Shown: positions 16,257-25,764, counted from the first letter of the stretch. The stretch is 64,000 nt of DNA from an uncultured Eubacteriales bacterium (GCA_900548115.1 URJL01000007.1:25-64024), one strand, 5' to 3'. Made by a program: numbers and translations. Notes: generated from the sequence alone by a model not told the origin.

Positions 16257-18698
16257 ATGAATACCGAACGTTTTCGCTATGACACGAACGGAAAAGCGCT
16301 GCCCGAAAACATCGTCTCGGGGAAAAAGTACCGCTTTACCGTTCTGACCGACAGACTCATCCGCATGGAATATGACCCGAGCGGAAACTTTGAAGATCGT
16401 GCAACCCAGGTCGTCTTTTTTCGCGATTTTCCGAAGAATTCTTTTTCGGTAAGAAAAGAAAACGGAATCTTGGAGATCGACACGGGAAAATTGCGTCTTC
16501 GCTGCCGCGAGGAAAGCGATTTTTCCGCCGACACGCTCTCGGTCGAGCTTCTTTTCTCGACGCGGGCGATCTGGCATTACGGCGACGCGACGGCACAGCT
16601 CGGCGGCACGGCGCGCACGCTGGACCGCGCCGACGGGGCAATTCCGCTTGAAAACGGCGTCTGCGCCCGCTGCGGCTTTGTCCTGATGCCCGATAAAAGC
16701 GGAGCGGTTCTCACCGACGAAGGCTGGTTTGCAAAACGCAGCGAAGAGACCGACCTTTATTTCTTCGGCTACGGACACGATTATCGCAAGGCGGTCGCCG
16801 ATTTTTACCGCCTGACGGGTGCGCCGCCTCTTTTGCCCGATTATGCGCTCGGCAACTGGTGGAGCCGTTATTATCGCTATACGCAGGACGAATATTGCGC
16901 GCTCATGGAGCGTTTCGAACGGGAAAACATTCCGTTTTCGGTCGCGGTTCTGGATATGGACTGGCACACGACCGATCTTCCCGAGGACTGCTTTGACGAG
17001 AAAGAGCCGCGCTTTAACACGGGCTGGACGGGCTACAGCTGGAACAAAGAGCTGTTCCCCGATTACCGCGCGTTTCTGCGCTTTTTAAAAGAACATCATC
17101 TCAAGACGGCGCTGAATCTTCACCCTGCGCAGGGCGTTCGCAAAAACGAAGAAATGTACCCCGAAATGGCGCGGGCGTGCGGCATTGATCCCGAGACCGG
17201 CAAAAACGTAAAATTTGATTGTCTGAACCCCGAATATATGGAGCATTATTTCGATATTCTCCACCATCCTTACGAAAAAGACGGCGTGAATTTCTGGTGG
17301 ATGGACTGGCAGCAGGGAACCGATTATTGGTGGATTCACGACGACGAACACGAAAAAAGCGAGCTTGAGGTCATCGACCCGCTGTGGCTTTTGAACCATC
17401 TGCATATCGCCGACATCCGCCGCTCGGGCAAGCGCCCCATGTTCTTCTCGCGCTATGCCGGACTCGGTTCGCACCGCTATCCCGTCGGCTTTTCGGGCGA
17501 TACCATTATGACGTGGAAATCGCTTGATTTTCAGCCGTATTTTACCGCCAACGCCTCCAATGCGGGCTACGGCTGGTGGAGTCACGACATCGGCGGTCAC
17601 ATGGGCGGTTATGCCGACGACGAGCTTCAGATCCGGTGGCTGCAATTCGGCGTCATGAGCCCGATCAACCGTCTGCACGCCTGCTCGAACCCCTTTTCCG
17701 GCAAAGAACCGTGGAAGCTGAATCCGTATGCCGAAAAGATCGCCGATCATTGGCTTCGTCTGCGCCACCGTCTGTTCCCGTATCTTTATACGATGAATTA
17801 TCGCTGTCATACCGAGCTTGCGCCGCTTATACAGCCGATGTATTACCTCTGCCCGGAGGCAGAGGAGGCGTACGGTGTTCCGAACGAATATCTTTTCGGA
17901 AGCGAGCTTTTGGTCAGCCCCATCACTTCCCCGAACGACGCGCGCTCGCAGCTCGGAAAGACCGAGCTGTATTTTCCCGAAGGCGACTTTTTCGACGTCT
18001 TTTCGGGATGGCATTACGGCGGCGGGAAAAAGCAAACGGTGTTCCGTTCGCTCGAAGAAATGCCGATCTTTGCCAAGGCGGGCGCGATCGTGCCCACTCA
18101 GCCCGATGAGGGCGACAACCGTCTCGGGCGCAAAAAAAATCTCACGGTTTATGTTTTTCCCGGCGCGGACGGCACTTTCTCGCTGTATGAGGACGAGGGC
18201 GACGGAGAAGCATGGGAAACGGGCAAATGCGCCTTTACCGATTTTTCGCTGAAATGGGGGAAAGAAGCGTGCTTTGTCATCGGCGCCGCGCGCGGCGACA
18301 CATCGATTTTGCCCGAGAAGCGTTCGTTCACCGTCGTTTTGCGCGGCTTTGAAAAGGGTGCTTCCGTGACGGCAAACGTCGGCGGAAAGAACGCGGAAAT
18401 TACCGAATATTACGACGAAAAAACGCATTCACAGGTCGTTTCGCTCCCGCTTCTCTCGATTCGGGAGAACATCGAGCTTGCCGTGCAGAACGCCGCCGTG
18501 ACCGAGAACCCCGACGCGGAGCAGAAGGCGTTTTCGATCTTACAGCATATGCAGGGCTCCAATATGTGGAAAATGCAGGTGTGGGGAAACATACAGCGAA
18601 ATTATCCGGTTTGGTATCTCGATCAGGACAACGATTTTGCCGACACGGTCGGCGCGCTCAAAGAGTTTTTGGCGCTGCGTCCCGAGAAGAAAAATTAA
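16257..18698 (+). CDS. Glycoside hydrolase family 31 protein (alpha-glycosidase; specificity not assignable)
   Basis: Track ORF trimmed to ATG 16257 (MNTERFRYD), preceded by GGAGGAAAAC. GH31-type blocks are present: LGNWWSRYYRYTQDE, IPFSVAVLDMDWH, GVNFWWMDWQQG, YPVGFSGDT, WWSHDIGGH and FGVMSPINRLH. Confidence 0.8.
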   Translation: MNTERFRYDTNGKALPENIVSGKKYRFTVLTDRLIRMEYDPSGNFEDRATQVVFFRDFPKNSFSVRKENGILEIDTGKLRLRCREESDFSADTLSVELLFSTRAIWHYGDATAQLGGTARTLDRADGAIPLENGVCARCGFVLMPDKSGAVLTDEGWFAKRSEETDLYFFGYGHDYRKAVADFYRLTGAPPLLPDYALGNWWSRYYRYTQDEYCALMERFERENIPFSVAVLDMDWHTTDLPEDCFDEKEPRFNTGWTGYSWNKELFPDYRAFLRFLKEHHLKTALNLHPAQGVRKNEEMYPEMARACGIDPETGKNVKFDCLNPEYMEHYFDILHHPYEKDGVNFWWMDWQQGTDYWWIHDDEHEKSELEVIDPLWLLNHLHIADIRRSGKRPMFFSRYAGLGSHRYPVGFSGDTIMTWKSLDFQPYFTANASNAGYGWWSHDIGGHMGGYADDELQIRWLQFGVMSPINRLHACSNPFSGKEPWKLNPYAEKIADHWLRLRHRLFPYLYTMNYRCHTELAPLIQPMYYLCPEAEEAYGVPNEYLFGSELLVSPITSPNDARSQLGKTELYFPEGDFFDVFSGWHYGGGKKQTVFRSLEEMPIFAKAGAIVPTQPDEGDNRLGRKKNLTVYVFPGADGTFSLYEDEGDGEAWETGKCAFTDFSLKWGKEACFVIGAARGDTSILPEKRSFTVVLRGFEKGASVTANVGGKNAEITEYYDEKTHSQVVSLPLLSIRENIELAVQNAAVTENPDAEQKAFSILQHMQGSNMWKMQVWGNIQRNYPVWYLDQDNDFADTVGALKEFLALRPEKKN

Positions 18699-18706
18699 AA
18701 AACGAA

Positions 18707-18732
18707 AAGCGGACGCCTTTCGGCGTCCGCTT
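18707..18732. terminator. Bidirectional terminator between GH31 and the symporter gene
   Basis: aaAAGCGGACGCCtttcGGCGTCCGCTTctttg. Confidence 0.75.
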
Positions 18733-18762
18733 CTTTGTTCGTATATTTGTGTGTCTTTTTGT

Positions 18763-20355
18763 TTACTTTTTCAAAGCAAGCTCGGCGGCAAGCTCTTCCG
18801 CTTCTTCCGCCTCTTCGACGCGAAGCTCGGCTTCCTGTGCTTTTTGCGTTTCGGGGAACGCCGACAGCATAGGCTCAACATCCGTCTTGCCCTTCAGTTT
18901 GCGGTCGACATAGTTTTTGGTGAGCTTTCTCACAAGACCCGAGAGAGCTACAACGCCGACCAGGTTCGGCAACATCATAAGACCGTTGAAGGTGTCGGAG
19001 ATATCCCATGCGAGCGACGAGGTCATGACCGCGCCCGATACGACCATCAGCGTGAAGATAACGCGATAGATCTTCTGACCGGTCGTGCCGAATAAGTACT
19101 CAACCGCCTTGCTTCCGTAGTGCGACCATCCGAGAACGGTGGTGAAGGCGAAGAGGAACATGGCGATCGCGATAAATCTCTGACCGATGTTGCCGTAGCT
19201 GAATACCGAGTTAAATGCCGCGCCGACCAGCGTTGCGTCGGTTACGCCCTCGACGGCGATTTTGCCTGTCTCAAGGTCATAAACACCCGAGGTGAGAACG
19301 ACCAGCGCCGTCATGGTGCAGACGACCATCGTGTCGGCAAAAACTTCGAAAATGCCCCACATACCCTGCTTCACGGGCTCTTTGACATTCGAGTTGGAGT
19401 GAACCATGACCGACGAGCCGAGCCCCGCTTCGTTCGAGAAAACGCCGCGCTTGAAGCCCTGCGTCATGACGGTTTTGATGACATAACCCACAACGCCGCC
19501 CGTTACGGCAATGGGCTTGAAGGCGGTGACGAAGATCGCCTTGAAGGCGGGAAGAATGTTCGCATAGTTTACGCCGATAATGACAAGACTTCCGGCTACG
19601 AACAGAACGACCATAAAGGGAACGATCTTTTCGGCAAACGCCGCGATACGCTGAAGACCGCCGAGAACGATGACGGCGACGAGGATCATCAGAACGATGC
19701 CGATGGCAAGCGAATAAGCGGTCACATCGCCGAAGAGCTTAATGCTTTCAAGTGCGGGGATCGTGAACGCCGATTCGATGTTGGCGACGATCTTGTTGAC
19801 CTGACCCATGTTGCCGATACCGAAGGAGGCAAGCGTTGCGAAAATCGAGAAGAGAACGGCAAGGAACTTTCCGAGCCCGCGGCAGCCCTTTTTGCTGCCC
19901 AGACCATCCTGAAGATAATACATAGCGCCGCCCGACCATTCGCCGTCCTTGTTGCGGCGGCGGTAGTAGATACCCAAAATATTTTCGGAGTAGTTGGTCA
20001 TCATGCCGAAGAAAGCGGCGATCCACATCCAAAGAACCGCTCCCGGTCCGCCGATCACGATAGCGGCGGCAACGCCGGCAATATTACCGGTACCGATGGT
20101 GGCGGCAAGCGCCGTGCAGAGCGCCTGAAAGGGCGAAATGGCAGTCTTATCCTTGTGGTGTCCGATAACGTCTTTGCGGAAAAGGCTTCCGATGGTGTTT
20201 TTTATCCAGTGACGAATGTGCGTGATCTGGAAAAAGCCCGTGATGGTCGTCGTCAAAATACCGGCGGCGATCAACAGCCACACGCCGACCTTTGTCCACA
20301 CAACGCCGTTTACGGCATCGTTGATACCGGCAAGATTTTCAAAAAACGTTTCCAT
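18763..20355 (-). CDS. agcS: Alanine/glycine:cation symporter (AGCS family), paralogue 1
   Basis: Track ORF trimmed to ATG 20355 (METFFENLAGINDAVNGVVW), preceded by GGAGGAAG. AGCS blocks are present: SPFQALCTALAATIGTGNIAGVAAAI, GGPGAVLWMW, GVFSNEAGLGS. It has an acidic ~40-aa C-terminal tail. Confidence 0.85.
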   Translation of the reverse strand: METFFENLAGINDAVNGVVWTKVGVWLLIAAGILTTTITGFFQITHIRHWIKNTIGSLFRKDVIGHHKDKTAISPFQALCTALAATIGTGNIAGVAAAIVIGGPGAVLWMWIAAFFGMMTNYSENILGIYYRRRNKDGEWSGGAMYYLQDGLGSKKGCRGLGKFLAVLFSIFATLASFGIGNMGQVNKIVANIESAFTIPALESIKLFGDVTAYSLAIGIVLMILVAVIVLGGLQRIAAFAEKIVPFMVVLFVAGSLVIIGVNYANILPAFKAIFVTAFKPIAVTGGVVGYVIKTVMTQGFKRGVFSNEAGLGSSVMVHSNSNVKEPVKQGMWGIFEVFADTMVVCTMTALVVLTSGVYDLETGKIAVEGVTDATLVGAAFNSVFSYGNIGQRFIAIAMFLFAFTTVLGWSHYGSKAVEYLFGTTGQKIYRVIFTLMVVSGAVMTSSLAWDISDTFNGLMMLPNLVGVVALSGLVRKLTKNYVDRKLKGKTDVEPMLSAFPETQKAQEAELRVEEAEEAEELAAELALKK

Positions 20356-20375
20356 ATATTCTTCCTCCAAAAAAT

Positions 20376-20430
20376 AGAATACAAAATAAAAAATGAGGAC
20401 AGGCGCGCACCAAGGCACGTCAATCCTCAT
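20376..20430 (-). terminator. Intrinsic terminator in the riboswitch expression platform
   Basis: On the minus strand: ATGAGGA-N24-TCCTCAT followed by TTTTTTATTTTGTATTCTATTTTTT, directly upstream of the agcS RBS. Confidence 0.55.
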
Positions 20431-20499
20431 CGACAGACGTAAAGAAAAAAGAAAATCCCCCAAAAACACGGAGTGGTTCTCACAAGTTTTTTGCGTTAT

Positions 20500-20690
20500 T
20501 TTCCGTCCTTTTGCCTGAGAGATTTGGCGTTTTCGCCTTGCACCTTCGGCCCCTGTCATGGCAAAACGCCGACAGGCTTCTCCGGATTGCCGTCCGTTCG
20601 CAGTCGCAGCCGAAAAACGGCACCTGAGAGTGTTACCCCTTTGGTAAGATCCTCGCTCGGGACAAAGGATCTAATTTCCTGCGAATTTCA
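20500..20690 (-). promoter_or_regulatory. Tandem glycine riboswitch
   Basis: Minus-strand aptamer 1: CGCAGGAAA...ACCAAAGGGGUAACACUCUCAGGUGCC. Aptamer 2: CCGGAGAAG...GGCCGAAGGUGCAAGGCGAAAACGCCAAAUCUCUCAGGCAAAAGGACGG. Both carry the GGAGA / CCRAAGGxGyAA / CUCUCAGGyrmm glycine-aptamer signatures, as in B. subtilis gcvT. Confidence 0.75.
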
Positions 20691-20736
20691 TACGGCGCAC
20701 GGGTCAAGACCCGCACAGTTAAAAAACTTGTGTTTC

Positions 20737-20765
20737 ATTATATACCTGTTTTCGGAAAAAATCAA
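20737..20765 (-). promoter_or_regulatory. Sigma-A promoter driving the glycine riboswitch and agcS
   Basis: On the minus strand: TTGATT, a 17-nt spacer, then TATAAT. Confidence 0.6.
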
Positions 20766-20791
20766 GTCCTTTTTCAAAAAAAGTGAAAAAA

Positions 20792-22237
20792 TCAAGAATT
20801 TTCGACTTTTTCGGGCAACAATTCCGCCGTTTCCGCAGCTTCTCCCGTTTCATTCGGGAGGGCTTCGGGCGTTTCTTCCATCGTGCGGCGTATCTTTCGA
20901 AAACAGATGAAAAAGACGGTGTAATGCGCCGCCGTGGTCAAAATCCACGAGATCGGGTAAGAGATAAACAGCGAGAATACGGTGCGGTAAGCGGCAAAAA
21001 TCGTAAAAATCCAGACAATGCGGAACAGGCACGAGCCGATAAGCGACCCGACCGTCGAGATCATCGAACGGTTGATGCCGCGCAGAGCGCCGCTTCCGAC
21101 CTCCATAAGACCGCAGGTGAAATACAAAAGACACGTAAGCGACAGCCGTTCATAGCCGTAGGCGATCGCCTGTGGGTCGCTTACGAAGATGTGCAGAAGC
21201 GGCCGACCGAATACAAGGCATGCGCCGCCGAGCACAAGTCCGACGACCGTCGAAAGACCCGTGCAGTAGAGAAGTGATTTCAGAATGCGCTTCGGCTTGC
21301 GAGCGCCGTAGTTTTGCGCGACGAACGAAATGACGGTGTGATAAAAGGCGTTCTGCGCCATGTAAATGAGATTGTCGATATTGCCCGCGGCGGTACACCC
21401 CGCAACGGCGACGTCGCCGAGCGAATTGATCGAGGACTGAATGAATACGTTCGAAAGCGAAAAAGCGGAGGACTGGATCCCGGCGGGAATTCCGATCCGG
21501 AAGAAGCGGAAAAGCTCGCTTTTGTGGATCTTCAGATCCTTAAGCGAAAGGCGAAAACACCCGTTTGCACGCATAAGACAGCGAACGGTAAGAAAAGCGG
21601 CGACGGTCTGCGATACGATGGTCGCGACGGCAACGCCCGCAACGCCCATGCGGAGCAGTCCGACGAAAACAAGGTTCAGTCCGACATTGATCGCGCCCGA
21701 CAGGATCAGATACTGCATCGGATGACGGGTATCGCCGATGGCGCGAAGAATCGCGCTTCCGAAGTTCAAAACCGCGACCGACGGAAGACCGATAAACGTA
21801 ATGCGCATGTAAAGGCTTGCCAGCGGCAGAACGTTTTCGGGGGACTGCATGAGCCGCAGAAGGGGAATACAGAAAACATAGCCGAAAATGCCGATCAGAA
21901 CGCCGCAAATAAGGCTTAGCAGCATGGCGGTATGTACGGCGCGGTGTACGCCGTCGCGGTCGCCCGCACCGTAAAGGCAGGCGGTGACCGAATTGACGCC
22001 GACCGAAAGGCCGACGATCATACAGGTGATCAGCGTGATCAGCGCGCCGTTCGAGCCGACGGCGGCAAAGGCAATATCGCCCTCAAACTGTCCGACGACA
22101 ATGCCGTCGGCGGCATTGTACAAAAGCTGAAGCACGTTGGACAGCATGACGGGAAGCGAAAAGGCGACGATCTTTGAAAAAAGCGGACCGGAGCACATGT
22201 CCATGTCACTGTAAAGAAGATGTTTTCGACGATTCAT
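20792..22237 (-). CDS. MATE-family efflux transporter
   Basis: 481 aa with 12 predicted TM helices. The N-terminus GPLFSKIVAFSLPVMLSNVLQLLYNAADGIVVGQF is the typical MATE opening motif. Confidence 0.85.
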   Translation of the reverse strand: MNRRKHLLYSDMDMCSGPLFSKIVAFSLPVMLSNVLQLLYNAADGIVVGQFEGDIAFAAVGSNGALITLITCMIVGLSVGVNSVTACLYGAGDRDGVHRAVHTAMLLSLICGVLIGIFGYVFCIPLLRLMQSPENVLPLASLYMRITFIGLPSVAVLNFGSAILRAIGDTRHPMQYLILSGAINVGLNLVFVGLLRMGVAGVAVATIVSQTVAAFLTVRCLMRANGCFRLSLKDLKIHKSELFRFFRIGIPAGIQSSAFSLSNVFIQSSINSLGDVAVAGCTAAGNIDNLIYMAQNAFYHTVISFVAQNYGARKPKRILKSLLYCTGLSTVVGLVLGGACLVFGRPLLHIFVSDPQAIAYGYERLSLTCLLYFTCGLMEVGSGALRGINRSMISTVGSLIGSCLFRIVWIFTIFAAYRTVFSLFISYPISWILTTAAHYTVFFICFRKIRRTMEETPEALPNETGEAAETAELLPEKVENS

Positions 22238-22321
22238 TTCGACCTCACAAAAACAAAACGGGATAAGACGGGGGCTTGCAAAGAGTCTTTACAAGCCCGC
22301 GAATGCTTTTCTTATTTATGT

Positions 22322-23089
22322 TTATTCGGCAATGTCGATGTAAACGGGCGAATGATCGCTCGAATCGAGAATATAGGGATCACAGACGACGCGGTAACGG
22401 AAAATGCTTTCTGTGCCGTTCATAAAGAGAATGTGATCGAGCGAATGATTTTTATCGTTCTCGGTCTTTCTTCCGTGCCACTTGCCGTCTTCGCCCAAAA
22501 CGGGGTCGCCGTGATGGCTCGACATTTCGTCGGCTTCCCGCGCCGAATCGATCGTGCATGAAAAGCCCTCGCTTGCCAAAATGCGAAACGGGCTTTCGTG
22601 ATAACGGCAATTCAGATCGCCGAAGGCATAGACGGGACAGCCGAAAGCCGCGACGATATTTCGGGCGCAAAGCCCAAGCTCGCGGGCATTTTCTTCACGG
22701 ATGCGGTCGTGTTCCTCTCCGACCTTCCACCAAAAGTGTGTGTTGATAACGCCCAAAGCCTTATCGGTCGCGTTGTCCTTTAAAACGAGATAAGTATATC
22801 CCTTCGACGCGTCGGGCGTGCGGGAATACAGCCGAAAGCCGCAGGAGAGAAGCGAAAAGCGCTCCTTTCGCACCAAGATCGGCGTATAATTTTTGTCGAT
22901 GAGCCGATAGAGTGAATAATCCTTTTCGATCGCCTCGAAAAAGCCCGAGCCATACCAGCCGGCGGTACATTCCTGAAACCCGACGATATCGGGCTTATAT
23001 TCGGAAAAAAGCGTTTCATAACCGCCCATGCGGTCTTTTACGGGGTTGTGAAAATAATCGCCCCATATATTGCAGGTCATAATACGCAT
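22322..23089 (-). CDS. Endonuclease/exonuclease/phosphatase (EEP) family protein
   Basis: Track ORF trimmed to ATG 23089 (MRIMTCNIWGDYF), preceded by AAAGGAGG. EEP blocks are present: PDIVGFQE, INTHFWW, GDLN and the terminal SDHSPVYIDI. Confidence 0.75.
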   Translation of the reverse strand: MRIMTCNIWGDYFHNPVKDRMGGYETLFSEYKPDIVGFQECTAGWYGSGFFEAIEKDYSLYRLIDKNYTPILVRKERFSLLSCGFRLYSRTPDASKGYTYLVLKDNATDKALGVINTHFWWKVGEEHDRIREENARELGLCARNIVAAFGCPVYAFGDLNCRYHESPFRILASEGFSCTIDSAREADEMSSHHGDPVLGEDGKWHGRKTENDKNHSLDHILFMNGTESIFRYRVVCDPYILDSSDHSPVYIDIAE

Positions 23090-23318
23090 AATAAAAACCT
23101 CCTTTTCTTGCCGAAACGGATTGAGAGCAACCCCATTATAACGAATTCGAAAGCGTTTGTAAATAGGTTTTTCGAAAAAAGATAAAACGGTTGCAAACGC
23201 TCTTGAAAAAATCGAAAAAGCGTGGTAGAATTTATTTGCGGCGAATCCGTTCCGAAAAGATCGAAATAAATATCGAAACAAATTCGGAAGGAAAACCGAA
23301 AAAGAAAAGGAAAAATTC

Positions 23319-25238
23319 ATGCTTTTTGCCTTCATGCTGTTGTCGCTTGCCGACAGCGATCGGCGCTTTGCGGAAAAGCTGTATGCCGATTACAAAGATT
23401 ATATGTATACGATCGCGATCAACGTTTTGAAAAACCGTCACGACGCCGAAGACGCGGTGAACGACGCCATGTGCAAGATCTTAAAATACCTGTCGAAATT
23501 TCAAAACGGCACGAGCGCAGAGGTCTGCAACATGATCACACTGTGTATCCGAAGCGTTGTGCGGAACAAGTCGCTCGATCATTACAAAAAAAGAGCCCGT
23601 TACGAGAAAAACCGCGCGGAGTATTATGAATACGACCGCGAGAGCGGCGAATATGTCGAGCGGGAATTCGAAGACACCGAATTTGATCTGGAGGAAGAGG
23701 TCATTCGGAAGGAGGAATGCGCGATCGTCCGCAAATCGCTTCATCTTCTGCCCGAGGAACAGCGGGACGCCGTGAACCTTGTTTACATGTGCGAATGCTC
23801 CTGCGTTGAGGCGGCGGACATTGCAAAAAAACTGAAAAGCATCAATCTTGAAAATGTGAAGCGTATCGGAAGCTTTGCCTTTTGCGGCTGTAAGTCGCTC
23901 ACCGAGGTGAATTTGAGCGGTGTGGAAAAGATCGGCATAAAGCCTTTCGACGAGATCGAAGATCTTACGATCGCGGGACATACGGGCACCGAGGCGGAAA
24001 AATACGCGCTCGAAAACAATATGAAATTCCGCGTTTTACAGGACGGCGCGGCGGGGGAAACGACGGATTCCGCCGCAGAACAAAAGGTCACGTTTACGAC
24101 CGGATTCATTGACGATAAGTTTTGCATAACGGGCTTTTCATGCTCGGAAATTCCCGAGACGCTGGTCATACCGAGCGAGATCAACGGGGCGAAGATTCTT
24201 GCGATCGAAAATTCGCGGACCGATGAAAACGGCGAGTTCCGCTATGCCCCAGTCGACCTGCGGGGAGTTCGTCACTTGGTTATCAAGGACGGGATTGAGA
24301 GGATCTATGAGCTTTCCGGTACGGAAAATCTGGAGACCGTCACCCTTCCGTCAAGCGTCGACTTTATCGGAATGATGGCATTTTCGCGTGCGGAAAAGCT
24401 GAAAAATATCAATCTCGAAAACGTGAAAAGAATTTGCAGTTACGCCTTTTTCGGCTGTAAGTCGCTCACCGAGGTGAATTTGAACGGCACGGAAAAACTC
24501 GGCGAGCTGGTTTTCGGCGGAACCGAAAATCTTACGATCGCGGGACATATGAGCACCGCGGGCGAAAAATACGCGCTCGAAAACCGCATGAAATTCCGCC
24601 TTTTGCGGGACAACGCGACGCCGCGCCCCATTACGGTCGACGGAATCGAATACGACGCGTCGGAATCGGATTCGCTGGGACTTTTTAAACTCGGATTGAT
24701 GAAAGGTGTTTCGGTCGGCGAAGACGGAAAAGTCGATTTCGACCTCTTCCGCACCCCATCCCGCGTCGAGGCGGTCACGATGTTGGTTCGTCTGCTCGGA
24801 AAAGACGCCGCCGCGGCGGAGATGGGAAAGACCCATCCTTTCACCGACGTTCCCGCATGGGCGGACGGATATGTTTCGTATGCTTATGAAAACGGGCTGA
24901 CAAAGGGCGTTTCGGATACGCTTTTCGATTCCGATTCGGTTATCGCGACCGATATGTACCTCACCTTTATGCTCCGTGCGCTCGGGTATTCCGACACGGG
25001 CGAAAACCCCGATTTTTCGTGGGATAAGCCGTGGGCAATCGCGATCCGAAACGAGATCACCGAACGGGGCGGATATTATAACGTCCTTTTGCGCAGTGAA
25101 ATGACCGATATTTCGTACCGCACATTGCTTTCCGAGGTCAAGGGCACGGGCAAAATGCTGTACGAAAGGATGATCGACGAGGGCATTTTCACGGCGGAAC
25201 AATGGGAAGAAGCCAAAAAGCTGTGCGAGACGGTGTAA
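23319..25238 (+). CDS. Chimeric-looking ORF: sigma-70-family factor (regions 2 and 4) joined to LRR (BspA-like) repeats and SLH-like C-terminal repeats
   Basis: Residues ~1-165 look like a Clostridial sigma-70/ECF-like factor: LSLADSDRRFAEKLYADYKDYMYTIA...DAEDAVNDA...LLPEEQRDAVNLVYMCECSCVEAADIA. From ~170 come IGSFAFCGCKSLTEVNL-type LRR units. The C-terminus has FTDVPAWADGYVSYAYENGLTKGVSDTLF, an SLH-like block. I see no signal peptide or TM segment. Confidence 0.6.
   Translation: MLFAFMLLSLADSDRRFAEKLYADYKDYMYTIAINVLKNRHDAEDAVNDAMCKILKYLSKFQNGTSAEVCNMITLCIRSVVRNKSLDHYKKRARYEKNRAEYYEYDRESGEYVEREFEDTEFDLEEEVIRKEECAIVRKSLHLLPEEQRDAVNLVYMCECSCVEAADIAKKLKSINLENVKRIGSFAFCGCKSLTEVNLSGVEKIGIKPFDEIEDLTIAGHTGTEAEKYALENNMKFRVLQDGAAGETTDSAAEQKVTFTTGFIDDKFCITGFSCSEIPETLVIPSEINGAKILAIENSRTDENGEFRYAPVDLRGVRHLVIKDGIERIYELSGTENLETVTLPSSVDFIGMMAFSRAEKLKNINLENVKRICSYAFFGCKSLTEVNLNGTEKLGELVFGGTENLTIAGHMSTAGEKYALENRMKFRLLRDNATPRPITVDGIEYDASESDSLGLFKLGLMKGVSVGEDGKVDFDLFRTPSRVEAVTMLVRLLGKDAAAAEMGKTHPFTDVPAWADGYVSYAYENGLTKGVSDTLFDSDSVIATDMYLTFMLRALGYSDTGENPDFSWDKPWAIAIRNEITERGGYYNVLLRSEMTDISYRTLLSEVKGTGKMLYERMIDEGIFTAEQWEEAKKLCETV
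23829..24044 (+). repeat. Direct repeat copy 1 (216 bp) inside the sigma-LRR ORF
   Basis: Aligns base-for-base without gaps to 24396-24611. Long identical runs include ggctgtaagtcgctcaccgaggtgaatttga and cttacgatcgcgggacata. Confidence 0.85.
24396..24611 (+). repeat. Direct repeat copy 2 (216 bp)
   Basis: See copy 1. Substitutions are scattered over all base types. Confidence 0.85.
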
Positions 25239-25342
25239 GCTTTCGATAACTCCTTCTAAATTTTCCGAATCATTTCTTTTGCATGCGGTAACGATATTTT
25301 TTTCATGCAGGATTGCCTCCTTTCTTCATTATAGATTCGAGG

Positions 25343-25385
25343 GAGCTTCGGGGCACACGCCCCGAAGCTCTCTTTTTTCTTTTTC
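25343..25385 (+). terminator. Intrinsic terminator after the sigma-LRR ORF
   Basis: GAGCTTCGGGGCacacGCCCCGAAGCTC followed by TCTTTTTTCTTTTT. Confidence 0.8.
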
Positions 25386-25445
25386 GGAATTTGAAAGCCG
25401 AAAGCCGCCGAACCGCCCGTTTTTCAAAAAAACGCCGCGCGGGGC

Positions 25446-25474
25446 TTGACAAGAAAATTTTCTTATGCTATACT
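25446..25474 (+). promoter_or_regulatory. Sigma-A promoter of the tyrS leader
   Basis: TTGACA, a 17-nt spacer, then TATACT. Confidence 0.75.
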
Positions 25475-25480
25475 ACGACT

Positions 25481-25764
25481 TGTAAAAGCAGCGACGGGAA
25501 CAAGTAGCTCCGTTTTCGCTCCACAGAAAGCAGCCGGTCAAGATGAGAGGCGCGGAGATCGAAACGACGGCGAATACCTCCCCGAGCTTCGCACCGAACG
25601 GTTTTTCCCTGTAGGCTGCGACGGTCGGCATCCGTTAACGTGCGGTAAAGATAAAAAGGCAAAACGGCACTTTTTGTCTTTCAGAGGCGGCGAAAGCCGT
25701 AAAGTAAGGTGGTAACACGGGAAACTCCGTCCTTTTGTAAAAAAAGGACGGCTTTTTGTTTTTG
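25481..25764 (+). promoter_or_regulatory. T-box leader (tyrosine-specific, inferred)
   Basis: The T-box sequence AAAGUAAGGUGGUAACACGGG (25701-25721) overlaps the 5' side of the terminator CCGTCCTTTT-gtaaa-AAAAGGACGG plus CTTTTTGTTTTT (25727-25763). Upstream there are AGAAAG-type stem I elements. The candidate specifier UAC is at 25575-25577 in GAAUACC. Confidence 0.8.

Noticed and set aside
23829-24611. The two 216-bp repeats as template/variable repeats of a diversity-generating retroelement
   Set aside because: Differences between the copies involve all four bases rather than being concentrated at adenines. No reverse transcriptase or accessory gene is present in the window. Both copies encode ordinary LRR units of the same protein.
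25256-25306. 16-codon minus-strand micro-ORF (MKKISLPHAKEMIRKI) with AAGGAGG 9 nt upstream
   Set aside because: It lies inside the 3' UTR of the plus-strand sigma-LRR gene, upstream of that gene's terminator. I can find no convincing -35 box and no terminator of its own. A chance SD-ATG in an AT-rich spacer is the simpler explanation.
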